From the NCBI GenBank assembly GCA_964567755.1, contig CAZMNW010000047.1, forward strand, positions 80,229 through 144,228: a stretch of DNA of 64,000 nucleotides, in the 5' to 3' direction. Positions 29,701-39,666 of the stretch are shown here, piece after piece. The notes beneath the pieces are model-generated. The model saw only the letters and a program-made list of their open reading frames with translations, did not search any database and was not told where the DNA came from. This stretch comes from an uncultured bacterium (GTDB taxonomy: Bacteria > Krumholzibacteriota > Krumholzibacteriia > G020349025). The position numbers and the translations under genes are program-made. Position 1 is the stretch's first letter. Every line of letters starts with the position of its first letter.

Positions 29701-30351
29701 TGACGGTTTAGAGCCATGCAGCGACCTCATCCTCGACCTCTCTGCATGCCATCGTTGAACAGCAGCGCACTTTGCGGTGCAAGAACTCGCTCTATCGACT
29801 GAAGGAAACTTCGTGCCAGGCCAAAGGGCGGCCAAATTCATAGAGTTCTCTTCCGGAGCGCGGCCACATCTGTCAACGAGCGTGACACCTTTCGTCCACG
29901 ATGTTGACAGCGAGTTTCAACCGTAGGCCAACGATCACACGGTGCTCCAGATAGGCGCTTCTTCGTAAGGATCCGCCCGCGGATCAATGGGTCGGAGCCG
30001 AGCGCAGCGACAGAGACAGAGAGGGTGGCAAGGTGAGCTTGCGCGGGCACACTGGCGAAGACTACCTCGCTCCTTCAAGCACTGCGACATTCCGGTGCGC
30101 GCACCTGCGGTCTGGATGGGGAACCCGCTCTCGGGAAAGCTGACGATCTTCGCGGGGACACCCGTCTCGCCGTGGAAGCAGCGTCGCGTGTGGGACGGCT
30201 GGCACCGCGTGTTCCGGAAGGCCTACCCGAGGGTTCAAAGCGAGCCGTGATAGGGTTACGGCGAGTCAATGCGAAGTCTCTGCAGCCTCGCCACCCAGAG
30301 CATGGTGAGAGCCCACAAAGATACGAGCCAAGGGACGAACGCTCTACCAGT

Positions 30352-32016
30352 CTAGAACTCGACGCGCGCCAGTGCGCGCACGGCCATTTGGTCGAGCGCG
30401 GCACGCGTCGAGTCGTTGGCGGGATGGGTGACGTGGACATAGCGCGTGTCGACGAACAGCTCGACGTTGCGGAGTCCCTGGTAGCGGACCTCGAGCCCGG
30501 GCTGATGCACGCTCTCCACGGTTCCGGATAGGTAGTCCTGGCTGTCGTCCGGCCGTTCATCCTGGTCGGTGTCGAGACCACCCTCGCCGTGGCGTTCGAG
30601 CGCGTAGAACATCCGCGCCGACCAGCCGCGCGAAAGGCGCCGCCGCAGACCCAGGACCCACAGATCCGCATCCGGGCCGGTGCGGCTGCCGAGCGTGCTG
30701 CCGTAATGCTCGTAGCGGTTGATGGGAACCTGGTGCGTGTAAGTGAACTGGCTCGCCCAGCTCCATTCGCCGTCCAGGTCCCAGTCGGAAGCGCCGAAGG
30801 GCTCGAGCCACAGGAAGCCGCCGAGCACGCCGAGCTTGTTGCCGAAATGATCCAGGCCGCGCCGCAGATTGAGATCGTCGACGAGGAGCTCGCCGTAGAG
30901 CTCGAGGCTCGGGAGCACCAACTTGGCGTCGACGCTGCCGAGCGCGTTGTCACGGTCACCGACGTTGGCCTGGGCGACGTAGAAGACGTTGATCGGGTTC
31001 AAATAAGTGAGATCGAGGCCGCGATCGCCGTAGACGACGCCCTCGGCAATGCCGATGACGCAACGCCGGTGCACTTGCAGCACCAGGCGATGCGCCGCCA
31101 TGTATTTTTCGACCAGCGGCGGATCGTCGTCTTCGAGCTCGGCCGGTCGCAACTGTCCGGCCACGTGGGCGAAGCGCACCCAGCCGAAGTCGAGCTCGAG
31201 CCGCAGCAGATCGAGCGGCGGCGTCTCGTTCAGCAACAGCATGCTGTTGTGTCGGCCCGGTCCCCAACGCAGGCGTTCACGCCCGAGATCCACCATCACC
31301 GGCCCGCGCAAGTAGCGAACATAGGGTTCGACACGGCGCGTGAAGCTCACACGGTCGCGGGTGTCGAAGACGTACTCGGCCTCGCCAGCCGCAGGATCCG
31401 TGCTGTTGCGCAGCACACCGTCGCTCGTGCGACGCAGGAGCGAGACACGCGCCCAGGCGGCGAAATCGCGCCCGAGCACCATGCCCGCCCGCGGTTCGAA
31501 CGCAAGCCTCGCATCGGTCTGGGCGAAGTCGCTAGCCCGATCCCGGTTGGCGAACGATGCTTCCTGGATGGCGAAAAATTGGAGCTGAAACTCCCAGTCT
31601 GCTCCATTCCAATGATGATAGGCGCGCTCGAGAATGGATACGTTGGATCCCTGCGCCACGAGCTCGGCGGAGAATTCTTCCTGGAGCATCTGCAGCTGCT
31701 GTGTCTCGATGCGCGTCGGTGTCCAATCCGCCTGCGCCGCCCCGTCCAGGAGCTGGCGCACCAGTCGCGCGACCTGCCCACGCCGGAGCGGTCGTGTCTC
31801 GAGCCCCGTGCGCGTGAGCCCGGCGCGGACTTCGAAGCGTTCGAGCATTTCGTAAGCCCAGTGGTCGAGCGGCAGATCCACCGATTCGATGGCGAAGCTC
31901 TGCTGCGCCACGAAGAGCAACGGCACGATCAGCAGCCACTTGGTCGAGCCGCCGGGTTGGACAAAAGCGCAATGCGCGGCGAGCCATCCGATCATCGATT
32001 GCCTCCGAAGTCCCAT
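30352..32016 (-). CDS. Outer-membrane beta-barrel protein, possibly Wzi-family (capsule assembly)
   Basis: Signal peptide '...KWLLIVPLLFVAQQSFA' (true start perhaps M8 at 31995). N-terminal helical region, then amphipathic beta-strands ending with the aromatic C-terminal residue '...RALARVEF'. The family assignment is from memory of Wzi architecture only. Confidence 0.4.
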   Translation of the reverse strand: MGLRRQSMIGWLAAHCAFVQPGGSTKWLLIVPLLFVAQQSFAIESVDLPLDHWAYEMLERFEVRAGLTRTGLETRPLRRGQVARLVRQLLDGAAQADWTPTRIETQQLQMLQEEFSAELVAQGSNVSILERAYHHWNGADWEFQLQFFAIQEASFANRDRASDFAQTDARLAFEPRAGMVLGRDFAAWARVSLLRRTSDGVLRNSTDPAAGEAEYVFDTRDRVSFTRRVEPYVRYLRGPVMVDLGRERLRWGPGRHNSMLLLNETPPLDLLRLELDFGWVRFAHVAGQLRPAELEDDDPPLVEKYMAAHRLVLQVHRRCVIGIAEGVVYGDRGLDLTYLNPINVFYVAQANVGDRDNALGSVDAKLVLPSLELYGELLVDDLNLRRGLDHFGNKLGVLGGFLWLEPFGASDWDLDGEWSWASQFTYTHQVPINRYEHYGSTLGSRTGPDADLWVLGLRRRLSRGWSARMFYALERHGEGGLDTDQDERPDDSQDYLSGTVESVHQPGLEVRYQGLRNVELFVDTRYVHVTHPANDSTRAALDQMAVRALARVEF

Positions 32017-32243
32017 TCCACCCCCTCCGGCGACGCCTCGGCATCATCGTCGGCTGGCGCGCTGGGCGCAACGAGGAAGACGGTGCACCTTTGTGCGGCG
32101 TTCGACCCGCACCCCGCGCGCGCGAATCCGCCGTCGGCGTGGCAACCGTCTCGTTGCCGCAGACGGGCAACCTTTCTAGACTGCGCATGGTGGCGCGCGC
32201 TTGCCGGCCGCGCCGCTCTCCACCCGCGCGCAGGCGAGGCAGC

Positions 32244-34280
32244 ATGACCGCGACACCCGAGCAGGAGCTCCTGGCCGAACGCATTCGCGCCCTGCCGGAA
32301 GAGCCCGGCGTCTATCTCTTCAAGGACGCCAAGGGCAAGGTGCTCTATGTCGGCAAGGCCAAGTCGATCCGCGACCGCGCGCGCAACTACCTCGGAGCCA
32401 CGAGCGACGACAACCCGAAGACGCGCGCGCTCATGCAGCGCGCCCGCGACGTCGATTACGTCAGCACCCGCACCGAGGTGGAGGCACTGATCCTCGAGTG
32501 TAACCTCATCAAGGAATACCGGCCGCGTTACAACATTCGTCTGCGGGACGACAAAAAGTATCCCTACATTCGCATCACGCACGACCGCTTTCCGCGCGTG
32601 TTCTTGACCCGCACGTTGGTGACCGATGGCAGCGACTACTTCGGTCCGTATTCCGACGTCGGCGCGATGCGCCGCACCTTGGCCTTGTTGCAGCGCGTGT
32701 TCCAGTGCCGGCCGTGCACGCCCGAATCGTTGGACGGCATCGATCGCCCGTGCCTGTACTACGACATCAAGATGTGCCAGGCGCCCTGCGTCGGCCTGCA
32801 GTCGCAGAGCGAGTACCTGCGCGCCATGGACGACGTGCGGTTGTTCCTCGGCGGGCGCACCACAGAACTCGTGAAACGACTGCGCGAGCGCATGCAGAGC
32901 GAGAGCGAGGCGCTGGAGTTCGAACGCGCCGGGCGCACGCGCGACCAGCTGCGCGCCATCGAGCGCATCACCGACCGCTTGCGCACGTTGGTGGGGCAGG
33001 ACGTGGATCGCGACGCCGTCGCCATGCGCCGCGACGGCGAGTACGCTGCCGGCGTCGTGCTCAAGATCCGCGGCGGCAAGCTGCTGGCGACCGAGACCTT
33101 CTACTTTACTGCCGGCACCGAGAGCGACACGGTGGCATTCACCGCCTTCTTCGAGCAGTACTACAACTCGACCGGCGCCATTCCCGACGAGATCCTGACC
33201 AGCGACATCTTGGCCGAACCCGAGCTGCTGGCGACGTGGCTCGGCGAAAAAGCCGGCACCGGCGTGCGGCTCACTCAGCCGCAGCGCGGCGACAAACACA
33301 CGCTCCTCGGACTCGCGCTCAAGAACGCGAGCCTCAAGCTCGACGAGTGGCTCATTGCGCACGGCAAGGCCGGTCAACGCGCACCGGACGAGATCGTGGC
33401 GCTGCGCGACGCGCTCGGCATCCGTGAGCTGCCGCGGCGCATCGAGTGCTTCGACATCTCCAACTTCCAGAGCGGGTCGCCGGTGGCGTCCCTCGTGCAC
33501 TTCGAGGCCGGTCAGGCAGTCAAGCAGCGCTATCGCCACTTCCGCATCCACGGCATCCGCGCCCCCAACGACTTCGCCATGATGGAGCACGTGGTGGAAC
33601 GTCACTTCCGCTCGCTGCTGCAGGACGCGCTACCCTTGCCGTCGCTGGTGGTGGTGGATGGCGGCCGCGGTCAGCTCGCCGCCGCGGTGCGCGCGCTCGA
33701 TGCGCTCGACCTCGGATCACGCGTGCATTTGCTGGGTCTGGCGAAACGCCAGGAGGAGATCTTCCGCCCCGGTTCGTCCGCACCATTGTTGTTGCCGCGC
33801 ACGTCGCCAGCGCTCAAGCTGTTGCAGCGCGTCCGCGATGAAGCGCATCGCTTCGCCGTCGGCTACCACCGCAGACTCGCAGGCCAAGAGCTGGTGCGCT
33901 CGGCCCTCGACGACATCCCGGGTGTCGGCGTCAAGACGCGCGCCGCGTTGCTGCGTCATTTCGGTTCGGTGGATGCGATTGGACAGGCGCGTGCCGACGA
34001 TCTCTGCGCCGTTCCCGGCGTCGGTGCCGCGATCGCCGAACGCATCCTGGCGGTGCTGTCGCACCCGGCGCTCAGGGCGGGCGCGACACATGCGCAACCC
34101 GAGCCCAGCGCGGTGCCCGATTCGCCAATGGACGAGCCGAGCGATGCCGGCGGCACGAACGTGGGCGCGGCCGACGCGCTTCTCGGGCCAGAGGATTCCC
34201 CAGCGCCCGACGACGACGCCAGCAGTGGCGACCTGCTGGCGCGCGAGTTCGACCTCGACGCCGAAACGGGGAGCGGATGA
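32244..34280 (+). CDS. uvrC: Excinuclease ABC subunit C
   Basis: GIY-YIG N-terminus 'PGVYLFKDAKGKVLYVGKAKSIRDRARNY', UvrBC-interaction region, RNase H-like and (HhH)2 domains. Acidic C-terminal tail 'PDDDASSGDLLAREFDLDAETGSG'. Confidence 0.95.
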   Translation: MTATPEQELLAERIRALPEEPGVYLFKDAKGKVLYVGKAKSIRDRARNYLGATSDDNPKTRALMQRARDVDYVSTRTEVEALILECNLIKEYRPRYNIRLRDDKKYPYIRITHDRFPRVFLTRTLVTDGSDYFGPYSDVGAMRRTLALLQRVFQCRPCTPESLDGIDRPCLYYDIKMCQAPCVGLQSQSEYLRAMDDVRLFLGGRTTELVKRLRERMQSESEALEFERAGRTRDQLRAIERITDRLRTLVGQDVDRDAVAMRRDGEYAAGVVLKIRGGKLLATETFYFTAGTESDTVAFTAFFEQYYNSTGAIPDEILTSDILAEPELLATWLGEKAGTGVRLTQPQRGDKHTLLGLALKNASLKLDEWLIAHGKAGQRAPDEIVALRDALGIRELPRRIECFDISNFQSGSPVASLVHFEAGQAVKQRYRHFRIHGIRAPNDFAMMEHVVERHFRSLLQDALPLPSLVVVDGGRGQLAAAVRALDALDLGSRVHLLGLAKRQEEIFRPGSSAPLLLPRTSPALKLLQRVRDEAHRFAVGYHRRLAGQELVRSALDDIPGVGVKTRAALLRHFGSVDAIGQARADDLCAVPGVGAAIAERILAVLSHPALRAGATHAQPEPSAVPDSPMDEPSDAGGTNVGAADALLGPEDSPAPDDDASSGDLLAREFDLDAETGSG

Positions 34281-35197
34281 CTCGTCAGACTCCCGCGACC
34301 CTCGACGAGCTGCAGCGTGCGCGCGAGCGCTATCTCGTGCATCTCTTGGTGGAGCGCGGCCTCGCCGCCACCACGCTCGATGCCTATGGTCGCGATCTCG
34401 ACACCTATCTGCATGTGCTCGCAGAGCGCGGCGTCCGTACCGCGGCCGCCATCGACAGGCAGCAAGTGCACGCCTATCTCGCCAGCCAAACGCAGGAAGG
34501 AATGGGGCCGGCGACACGGGCCCGACGCCTGGCGGCGCTGCGCGGTTTCCATCGCTTCCTGGTGCTCGAAGGCCTGGTGGCGGACTCGGCGCTCGAAGGC
34601 CTGCGCGGGCCGCGCCGCGGCTTGCGCTTGCCGTCCGTGCTCACCGTGTCCGAGATCGAGCGCTTGTGCGCCGTGCCTTCGCCCGAGAGCGTGCTCGGGC
34701 AGCGCGACCGCGCCGCGCTCGAGCTGACTTACGCCGCGGGGCTGCGTGTGTCGGAGATCTGCACCTTGGCGCTCGAAGGTCTCGATTGCCGCGCGCGGCA
34801 CGTCCGCGTCTTCGGCAAAGGTGCCAAGGAACGCCTGGTGCCGGTTGGCCGCGCCGCGATCGCAGCCTGCGAACGCTGGCTCGGCGACGGCCGGCCGCGC
34901 CTTCTGCGCGGTCGCGTGGCGCCGAGCTTCCTCCTGAACGCGCGCGGCGGCACGCTGTCGCGCATGGGCTTCTGGAAGATGCTGCGCAAGCACGCCATCG
35001 CTGCGGGGCTCACCCGCCACCTCACGCCGCACACGCTGCGCCATTCCTTCGCCACCCATCTCTTGGAAGGCGGCGCCGACCTGCGCGTCGTGCAAGAACT
35101 CCTCGGCCATGCCGACATCGGCACGACGCAGATCTACACGCTCGTCGACCGCCAGTACCTGCACGAGGTCTACCGTACGTTCCATCCCCGCGCCTGA
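34277..35197 (+). CDS. xerD: Tyrosine site-specific recombinase XerD
   Basis: 'LVERGLAATTLDAYGRDLDTYLHVL' and catalytic 'HTLRHSFATHLLEGGADLRVVQELLGHADIGTTQIYTLV'. ATG overlaps the uvrC stop (ATGA). Sits immediately upstream of scpA/scpB, a common xerD context. Confidence 0.85.
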   Translation: MTRQTPATLDELQRARERYLVHLLVERGLAATTLDAYGRDLDTYLHVLAERGVRTAAAIDRQQVHAYLASQTQEGMGPATRARRLAALRGFHRFLVLEGLVADSALEGLRGPRRGLRLPSVLTVSEIERLCAVPSPESVLGQRDRAALELTYAAGLRVSEICTLALEGLDCRARHVRVFGKGAKERLVPVGRAAIAACERWLGDGRPRLLRGRVAPSFLLNARGGTLSRMGFWKMLRKHAIAAGLTRHLTPHTLRHSFATHLLEGGADLRVVQELLGHADIGTTQIYTLVDRQYLHEVYRTFHPRA

Positions 35198-35269
35198 CGG
35201 TCGTTCCGAGTTCGAGCCCAGAAGCACCCTGTGTTAGCATGGTGCGTTCGCGCAGGGGAGGAGTGAACC

Positions 35270-36283
35270 GTGCCCACCGTGCTCAGCGGCATGCGCCCCA
35301 CCGGGCGGTTGCATCTTGGCAACTACACCGGTGCCTTGGAAAACTGGCTGCGCTTTCAGACCGAATACGAGTCGTTTTTCATGGTCGCCGACATGCACGC
35401 GCTCACCACCGACCTCGACACGCAGTCGATCGCGCTCTCGACCCGCGAGATGGTGATCGACTGGGTGGCGGCAGGGCTCGATCCGGAGCAGGCACCCATC
35501 TTCGTGCAGTCGCAAGTGCCGGAGCATGCCGAGCTGCATCTCATTTTCTCGATGCTGATCACATTGGCGCGTCTCGAGCGCAACCCCACTGTCAAGGATC
35601 AGGTGCGCGACTTGGGGCTCGAAGAAACCGTGACCTACGGCCACCTCGGCTACCCGGTGCTGCAGGCCGCCGACATCTTGTTGTACAAGGGCGACCTGGT
35701 GCCGGTGGGGGAGGATCAGGCCCCGCACGTCGAGATGACGCGCGAGATCGCACGGCGTTTCAACAACACCTTCGGTCCCGTGTTTCCCATCCCGGAAACC
35801 AAGCTCACCGCTTTCGCGCGCTTCCCGGGCATCGACGGCCAGCGCATGAGCAAGTCGCTGGGCAATACCATCGGCTTCACCGATCCGCCCGAGGCCATCC
35901 AGCAGCGCATGCGGCGCGCCGCCATCGATCCGCAGCGGGTGCGCCAGGACGACCCGGGGCACCCGGAGGCGTGCACCGTCTTCGTCTACCATCAGCGCTT
36001 CACGTCGCCCGACCAGATCGACACCATCGCCGCCGAATGCCGGGCTGGCGCAAGCGTGCGCAGCTGCTTCGACTGCAAGATGGAGGCCGCGGCCACCATC
36101 TCGACGACGTTTGCCGCCGCGCGCGAACAGCGCGCGCAGTTGGAAGCCGAGCCCGAGCGTGTCGACGCATTGCTGCGTCAGGGCAACGAGCGCGCCCGCG
36201 AGCGGGCGAGCGCCACCATGCGCGAAGTACGCGCGGTCATGGGTTTGGGAGGTTCGCACATTCGCAAGGTGGGGGACGCATGA
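35270..36283 (+). CDS. trpS: Tryptophan--tRNA ligase
   Basis: 'LSGMRPTGRLHLGNYTGALENW' (HIGH-type) and 'KMSKSLGNTI' (KMSKS). Confidence 0.95.
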   Translation: MPTVLSGMRPTGRLHLGNYTGALENWLRFQTEYESFFMVADMHALTTDLDTQSIALSTREMVIDWVAAGLDPEQAPIFVQSQVPEHAELHLIFSMLITLARLERNPTVKDQVRDLGLEETVTYGHLGYPVLQAADILLYKGDLVPVGEDQAPHVEMTREIARRFNNTFGPVFPIPETKLTAFARFPGIDGQRMSKSLGNTIGFTDPPEAIQQRMRRAAIDPQRVRQDDPGHPEACTVFVYHQRFTSPDQIDTIAAECRAGASVRSCFDCKMEAAATISTTFAAAREQRAQLEAEPERVDALLRQGNERARERASATMREVRAVMGLGGSHIRKVGDA

Positions 36284-37056
36284 CCTACGTCGTCAAGCTC
36301 GAACAGTTCGAAGGCCCGCTCGACCTGTTGCTCTATCTCATTCAGCGCGAGGAAATGGACATCTACGATATCCCCATCGCGCGCATCACCGCCCAGTACT
36401 TGCAACACATCGAAAGGATGGAGCGGCTGGATCTCGACATCGCCGGCGACTTCCTGGTGATGGCCGCGACGTTATTGCGCATCAAGGCACGCCTGCTGCT
36501 GCCGGTGCAGCGCCCCAGCGAGGAACGCGACGAGGACCCGCGCGCCGAGCTCGTGCAGCGCCTGCTCGAATACAAGAAATACAAGGAAGCAGCCCGCACG
36601 CTCGAGGGCCACGAGAGCGCCAGCCTGGCCACTTTCGCCAGGCCCTTCGATGCAGCCCTGCTCGAAGACGCCAAGGCGCACGGCGACGAAGAGATCTTCG
36701 CCGTCGACCTGCCGCAGCTGATGAAAGCGCTGCAGGGCGTGCTGCGTCGCTTTGAGTCGGTCGTCACCCACGAGATCGTGCTCGAGACCGAATCGTTGGA
36801 GGACAAGACCGCCTGGCTGCAAGACTGCCTGCGCCGCCAAGGACGCCTGCGTTTCGCCGACATCTTTGCCAGCGCCCGCAGCCGCCTCGAGGTCATCGTC
36901 ACCTTCATGGCGCTGCTCGAGCTCATCAAGGCCCGGACGCTACGCACGCATCAGGCCGAGAATTTCAGCGACCTGTGGATCTTCGCTACCGATGCCCGCG
37001 CCGCAGAAACCCTGCCGGCCGTCCCACCGGCGGCACTGTCGGAGGACACCCCATGA
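36280..37056 (+). CDS. scpA: Segregation and condensation protein A
   Basis: 'MTYVVKLEQFEGPLDLLLYLIQREEMDIYDIPIARITAQYLQ'. ATG overlaps the trpS stop. Confidence 0.85.
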   Translation: MTYVVKLEQFEGPLDLLLYLIQREEMDIYDIPIARITAQYLQHIERMERLDLDIAGDFLVMAATLLRIKARLLLPVQRPSEERDEDPRAELVQRLLEYKKYKEAARTLEGHESASLATFARPFDAALLEDAKAHGDEEIFAVDLPQLMKALQGVLRRFESVVTHEIVLETESLEDKTAWLQDCLRRQGRLRFADIFASARSRLEVIVTFMALLELIKARTLRTHQAENFSDLWIFATDARAAETLPAVPPAALSEDTP

Positions 37057-37865
37057 ACGTGAAGACTTGCCTCGAGGCGCTGCTGTTCGCCACCGACCAA
37101 CCGCTGACCTTGGCGCGCATTCACGAAGTGCTGCCGGATGTGCCGCGCGAGGACGTGGCCGCAGCGCTCGCAGCGCTGGAAACCGAACATGAAGAGGACG
37201 GACGCGCGCTACGCGTGCAGCGCGTCGCCGGAGGCCTGCAGCTCGTCACCAAACCGGAGTACGCCGACGTCGTGCGCCGGCTGTTCGTCGGCAAACGGCG
37301 CGTGCGTCTGACCAAGCCGGCGCTCGAAGCGCTGGCCATCATCGCCTACAAGCAACCGACCACGCGGCCCGAGGTCGACGCCATTCGCGGCGTCAGCAGC
37401 GGCGGCGTCGTCGAAACACTGCTCGAACGCAATCTCGTGCGCATCGCGGGTCGCGCCGACAGCGTCGGCCGGCCGTTGCTCTACGCCACGTCATCCGAGT
37501 TCTTGCAGTATCTCGGGTTGGATTCGCTGCGCGATCTTCCCAGCCTCGAAGAGCTCGAGGCGATGCTGGCCGCGCGCGAGGACGAGGCACGACGTCAGGA
37601 AGAGGACGAGATGCGCGAGCTGTCGCAGTCTGCGGCGACGCAGACAGACAAGACAGCCGACGCCGCCGCAAAGATCGAAGAGAAGCCACCGGCGGCCGTC
37701 TTGGCGACGCTCGACGATCTCGATCTCGAGCTGCGCCAGCGCGGCGAGGCCATCGATGCCTTGACGGCGCGTGGCACCGGGGAACGTCGCACGCGGCCTG
37801 CGCCCGCGGCCAGATTGGAACCCGAAGGCGACGCGGAAGCGACGACGGAATCGGAGGCTGGCTGA
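37053..37865 (+). CDS. scpB: Segregation and condensation protein B
   Basis: 'LEALLFATDQPLTLARIHEVL' and '...KPALEALAIIAYKQPTTRPEVDAIRGVSSGGVVETLLERNLV' (winged-helix pair). ATG overlaps the scpA stop. C-terminal low-complexity acidic tail. Confidence 0.85.
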   Translation: MNVKTCLEALLFATDQPLTLARIHEVLPDVPREDVAAALAALETEHEEDGRALRVQRVAGGLQLVTKPEYADVVRRLFVGKRRVRLTKPALEALAIIAYKQPTTRPEVDAIRGVSSGGVVETLLERNLVRIAGRADSVGRPLLYATSSEFLQYLGLDSLRDLPSLEELEAMLAAREDEARRQEEDEMRELSQSAATQTDKTADAAAKIEEKPPAAVLATLDDLDLELRQRGEAIDALTARGTGERRTRPAPAARLEPEGDAEATTESEAG

Positions 37866-37874
37866 AGGCTGCAC

Positions 37875-38612
37875 ATGCGTTTGAACCGATATCTGGCGGC
37901 GTGCGGTCTGGGCAGTCGGCGCGGCTGTGAACAGCTGATCACGTGCGGCCGCGTCCGCGTCAATGGGCAGCCGGCGCATCTCGCACTCCAGGTGGCGCCC
38001 ACCGACCAGGTTTGCGTCGATGGTGCGGAGGTGCGCCAACAAGACGGTGGCGTGTGGATGCTGCACAAACCGCGCGGAGCCATCAGCACGGTACACGATC
38101 CGCAGGGCCGCCGCACGGTGGCGGACGTGGCGCGCGCACACGGCCTTTCCCAACGACTGTTCCCCATCGGACGGCTCGATCGTGAGACGACCGGTTTGCT
38201 GCTCCTGAGCAACGATGGTGCATTGGCATTCCAGCTGACGCACCCTTCTTGGGGCATCGAAAAAGAATACGAAGCGGACGTCTCGCGCGCGCTCATGCCG
38301 GCCGAGCTCGACCGCCTGCGTGCGGGGATCGAGCTGGACGACGGACTGTCGGCACCCTGCACGGTGACGCAAGAGACCCGAACGACGGGTGCATTGCTGC
38401 GGCTCGTCCTGCACGAGGGCCGCAAGCGGCAGATCCGTCGCATGCTGCAGACGCTCGCCGTTCCCTTGCTGCATTTGCACCGGTCCCGCGTCGGGCCGCT
38501 TCGGCTCGGCGATCTGCCTCTCGGCGAGCTGCGCGCGCTCGGTCCCGAGGAGCGCAGTGCCTTACTCGCCGTGTTGGCGCAGCCGAGGCCAAGCGCCAAG
38601 CCGTCTGCGTGA
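37875..38612 (+). CDS. rluB: rRNA pseudouridine synthase (RsuA/RluB family) with N-terminal S4 domain
   Basis: S4 domain 'MRLNRYLAACGLGSRRGCEQLITCGRVRVNGQ'. Catalytic 'FPIGRLDRETTGLLLLSNDG' with the conserved Asp. Confidence 0.8.
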   Translation: MRLNRYLAACGLGSRRGCEQLITCGRVRVNGQPAHLALQVAPTDQVCVDGAEVRQQDGGVWMLHKPRGAISTVHDPQGRRTVADVARAHGLSQRLFPIGRLDRETTGLLLLSNDGALAFQLTHPSWGIEKEYEADVSRALMPAELDRLRAGIELDDGLSAPCTVTQETRTTGALLRLVLHEGRKRQIRRMLQTLAVPLLHLHRSRVGPLRLGDLPLGELRALGPEERSALLAVLAQPRPSAKPSA

Positions 38613-38622
38613 GGGGGAGTCC

Positions 38623-39666
38623 GTGCGCATCGTCTTTCGCGCCAACGCCAGCGCACGCCAGATCGAGCGCGTCGAACGCCTGCTCCAGCAGCTGCGTTGT
38701 CGCACCCGGCGTTCGCGCGGACCGGACGGCGTCGTTGTCGGCGTCGTCGGCGATGAGAGCCTGCTCGCCGACCGACACGTCGAGCGCCTGCCTGGAGTGG
38801 CCTGCATCCTGCCCTTCACTCGCCCTTACAAACAAGCGAGCCGCGAGTTCTGCCAAGAGAACTCGGTGGTTGCCGTCGGCGATTTGGCGATCGGCGGCGA
38901 GCGCGTCGTGGTGATGGCGGGGCCGTGTTCGGTGGAAACGCACGACGGGTTGTTCGAGGTGGCACGGCGGGTGAAAGCCGCCGGCGCTTCGATCCTGCGT
39001 GGCGGGGCCTTCAAGCCCCGCAGCTCGCCTTATTCTTTCCAAGGTCTCGGGCGCGAAGGCCTCGAGCTGCTGCGTCAAGCGAGCACCGCCACCGGTCTCG
39101 CGGTCGTCACCGAAGTGATGGACACGCGGCATGTGGAACTGGTGTCGCGCTACGCCGACATCCTCCAGATCGGTGCGCGCAACGTGCAGAACTTCGACTT
39201 GTTGCGCGAGGTGGGGCAGAGTCGCAAGCCGGTGCTGATCAAGCGCGGCATGATGACGACGATCGAGGAATACCTGCTCTGCGCCGAGTACATCCTCACC
39301 GAAGGCAACGACAAAGTGGTGCTCTGCGAGCGCGGCATCCGTACCTTCGACACGCTGACGCGCAATACCCTCGATCTCTGTGCCGTCCCGGTGATCCACA
39401 ACTTGAGCCACCTGCCCATCATCGTCGATCCCAGCCATGGCACGGGGGATTGGCGTTACGTGACGCCGATGGCACGCGCCGCCATCGCCGCCGGCGCCGA
39501 TGGGCTCATGATCGAAGTGCACGCGCACCCGGACCAAGCCTTCAGCGACGGCCCGCAGTCGCTCACCCCGGATCGTTTCGATCGCATGATGCAGGAGCTC
39601 CAGCCCTTGGCGCGTGCGCTCGGACGCACGCTCGACCATTCCGACGCCGCGGGGAATGAGCCATGA
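38623..39666 (+). CDS. 3-deoxy-7-phosphoheptulonate (DAHP) synthase, class I-beta with N-terminal regulatory extension
   Basis: 'VVMAGPCSVETHDGLFEVARRVKAAGASILRGGAFKPRSSPYSFQGLG...KRGMMTTIEEYLLCAEYIL' is the KDO8PS/DAHPS I-beta core. A ~75-aa N-terminal ferredoxin-like/ACT-type regulatory domain precedes it, as in the Thermotoga-type enzyme. GTG start with a GAGGGGGAG ribosome-binding site. Confidence 0.85.
   Translation: MRIVFRANASARQIERVERLLQQLRCRTRRSRGPDGVVVGVVGDESLLADRHVERLPGVACILPFTRPYKQASREFCQENSVVAVGDLAIGGERVVVMAGPCSVETHDGLFEVARRVKAAGASILRGGAFKPRSSPYSFQGLGREGLELLRQASTATGLAVVTEVMDTRHVELVSRYADILQIGARNVQNFDLLREVGQSRKPVLIKRGMMTTIEEYLLCAEYILTEGNDKVVLCERGIRTFDTLTRNTLDLCAVPVIHNLSHLPIIVDPSHGTGDWRYVTPMARAAIAAGADGLMIEVHAHPDQAFSDGPQSLTPDRFDRMMQELQPLARALGRTLDHSDAAGNEP

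Noticed and set aside
29161-30351. tmRNA, RNase P RNA or another known structured RNA in the non-coding island
   Set aside because: I could not find the tmRNA 5' 'GGGG...GATTCGAC' or a tRNA-like 3' end, nor the conserved RNase P P4 sequences. Without a covariance search this stays unassigned rather than called.
16928-35197. Phage/ICE integrases (two tyrosine recombinases at 16949..17863 and 34277..35197)
   Set aside because: Both have XerC/XerD-type N-domains and housekeeping contexts (topA-xerC-hslVU; uvrC-xerD-scpAB). No phage, transposase or att-like features flank them.
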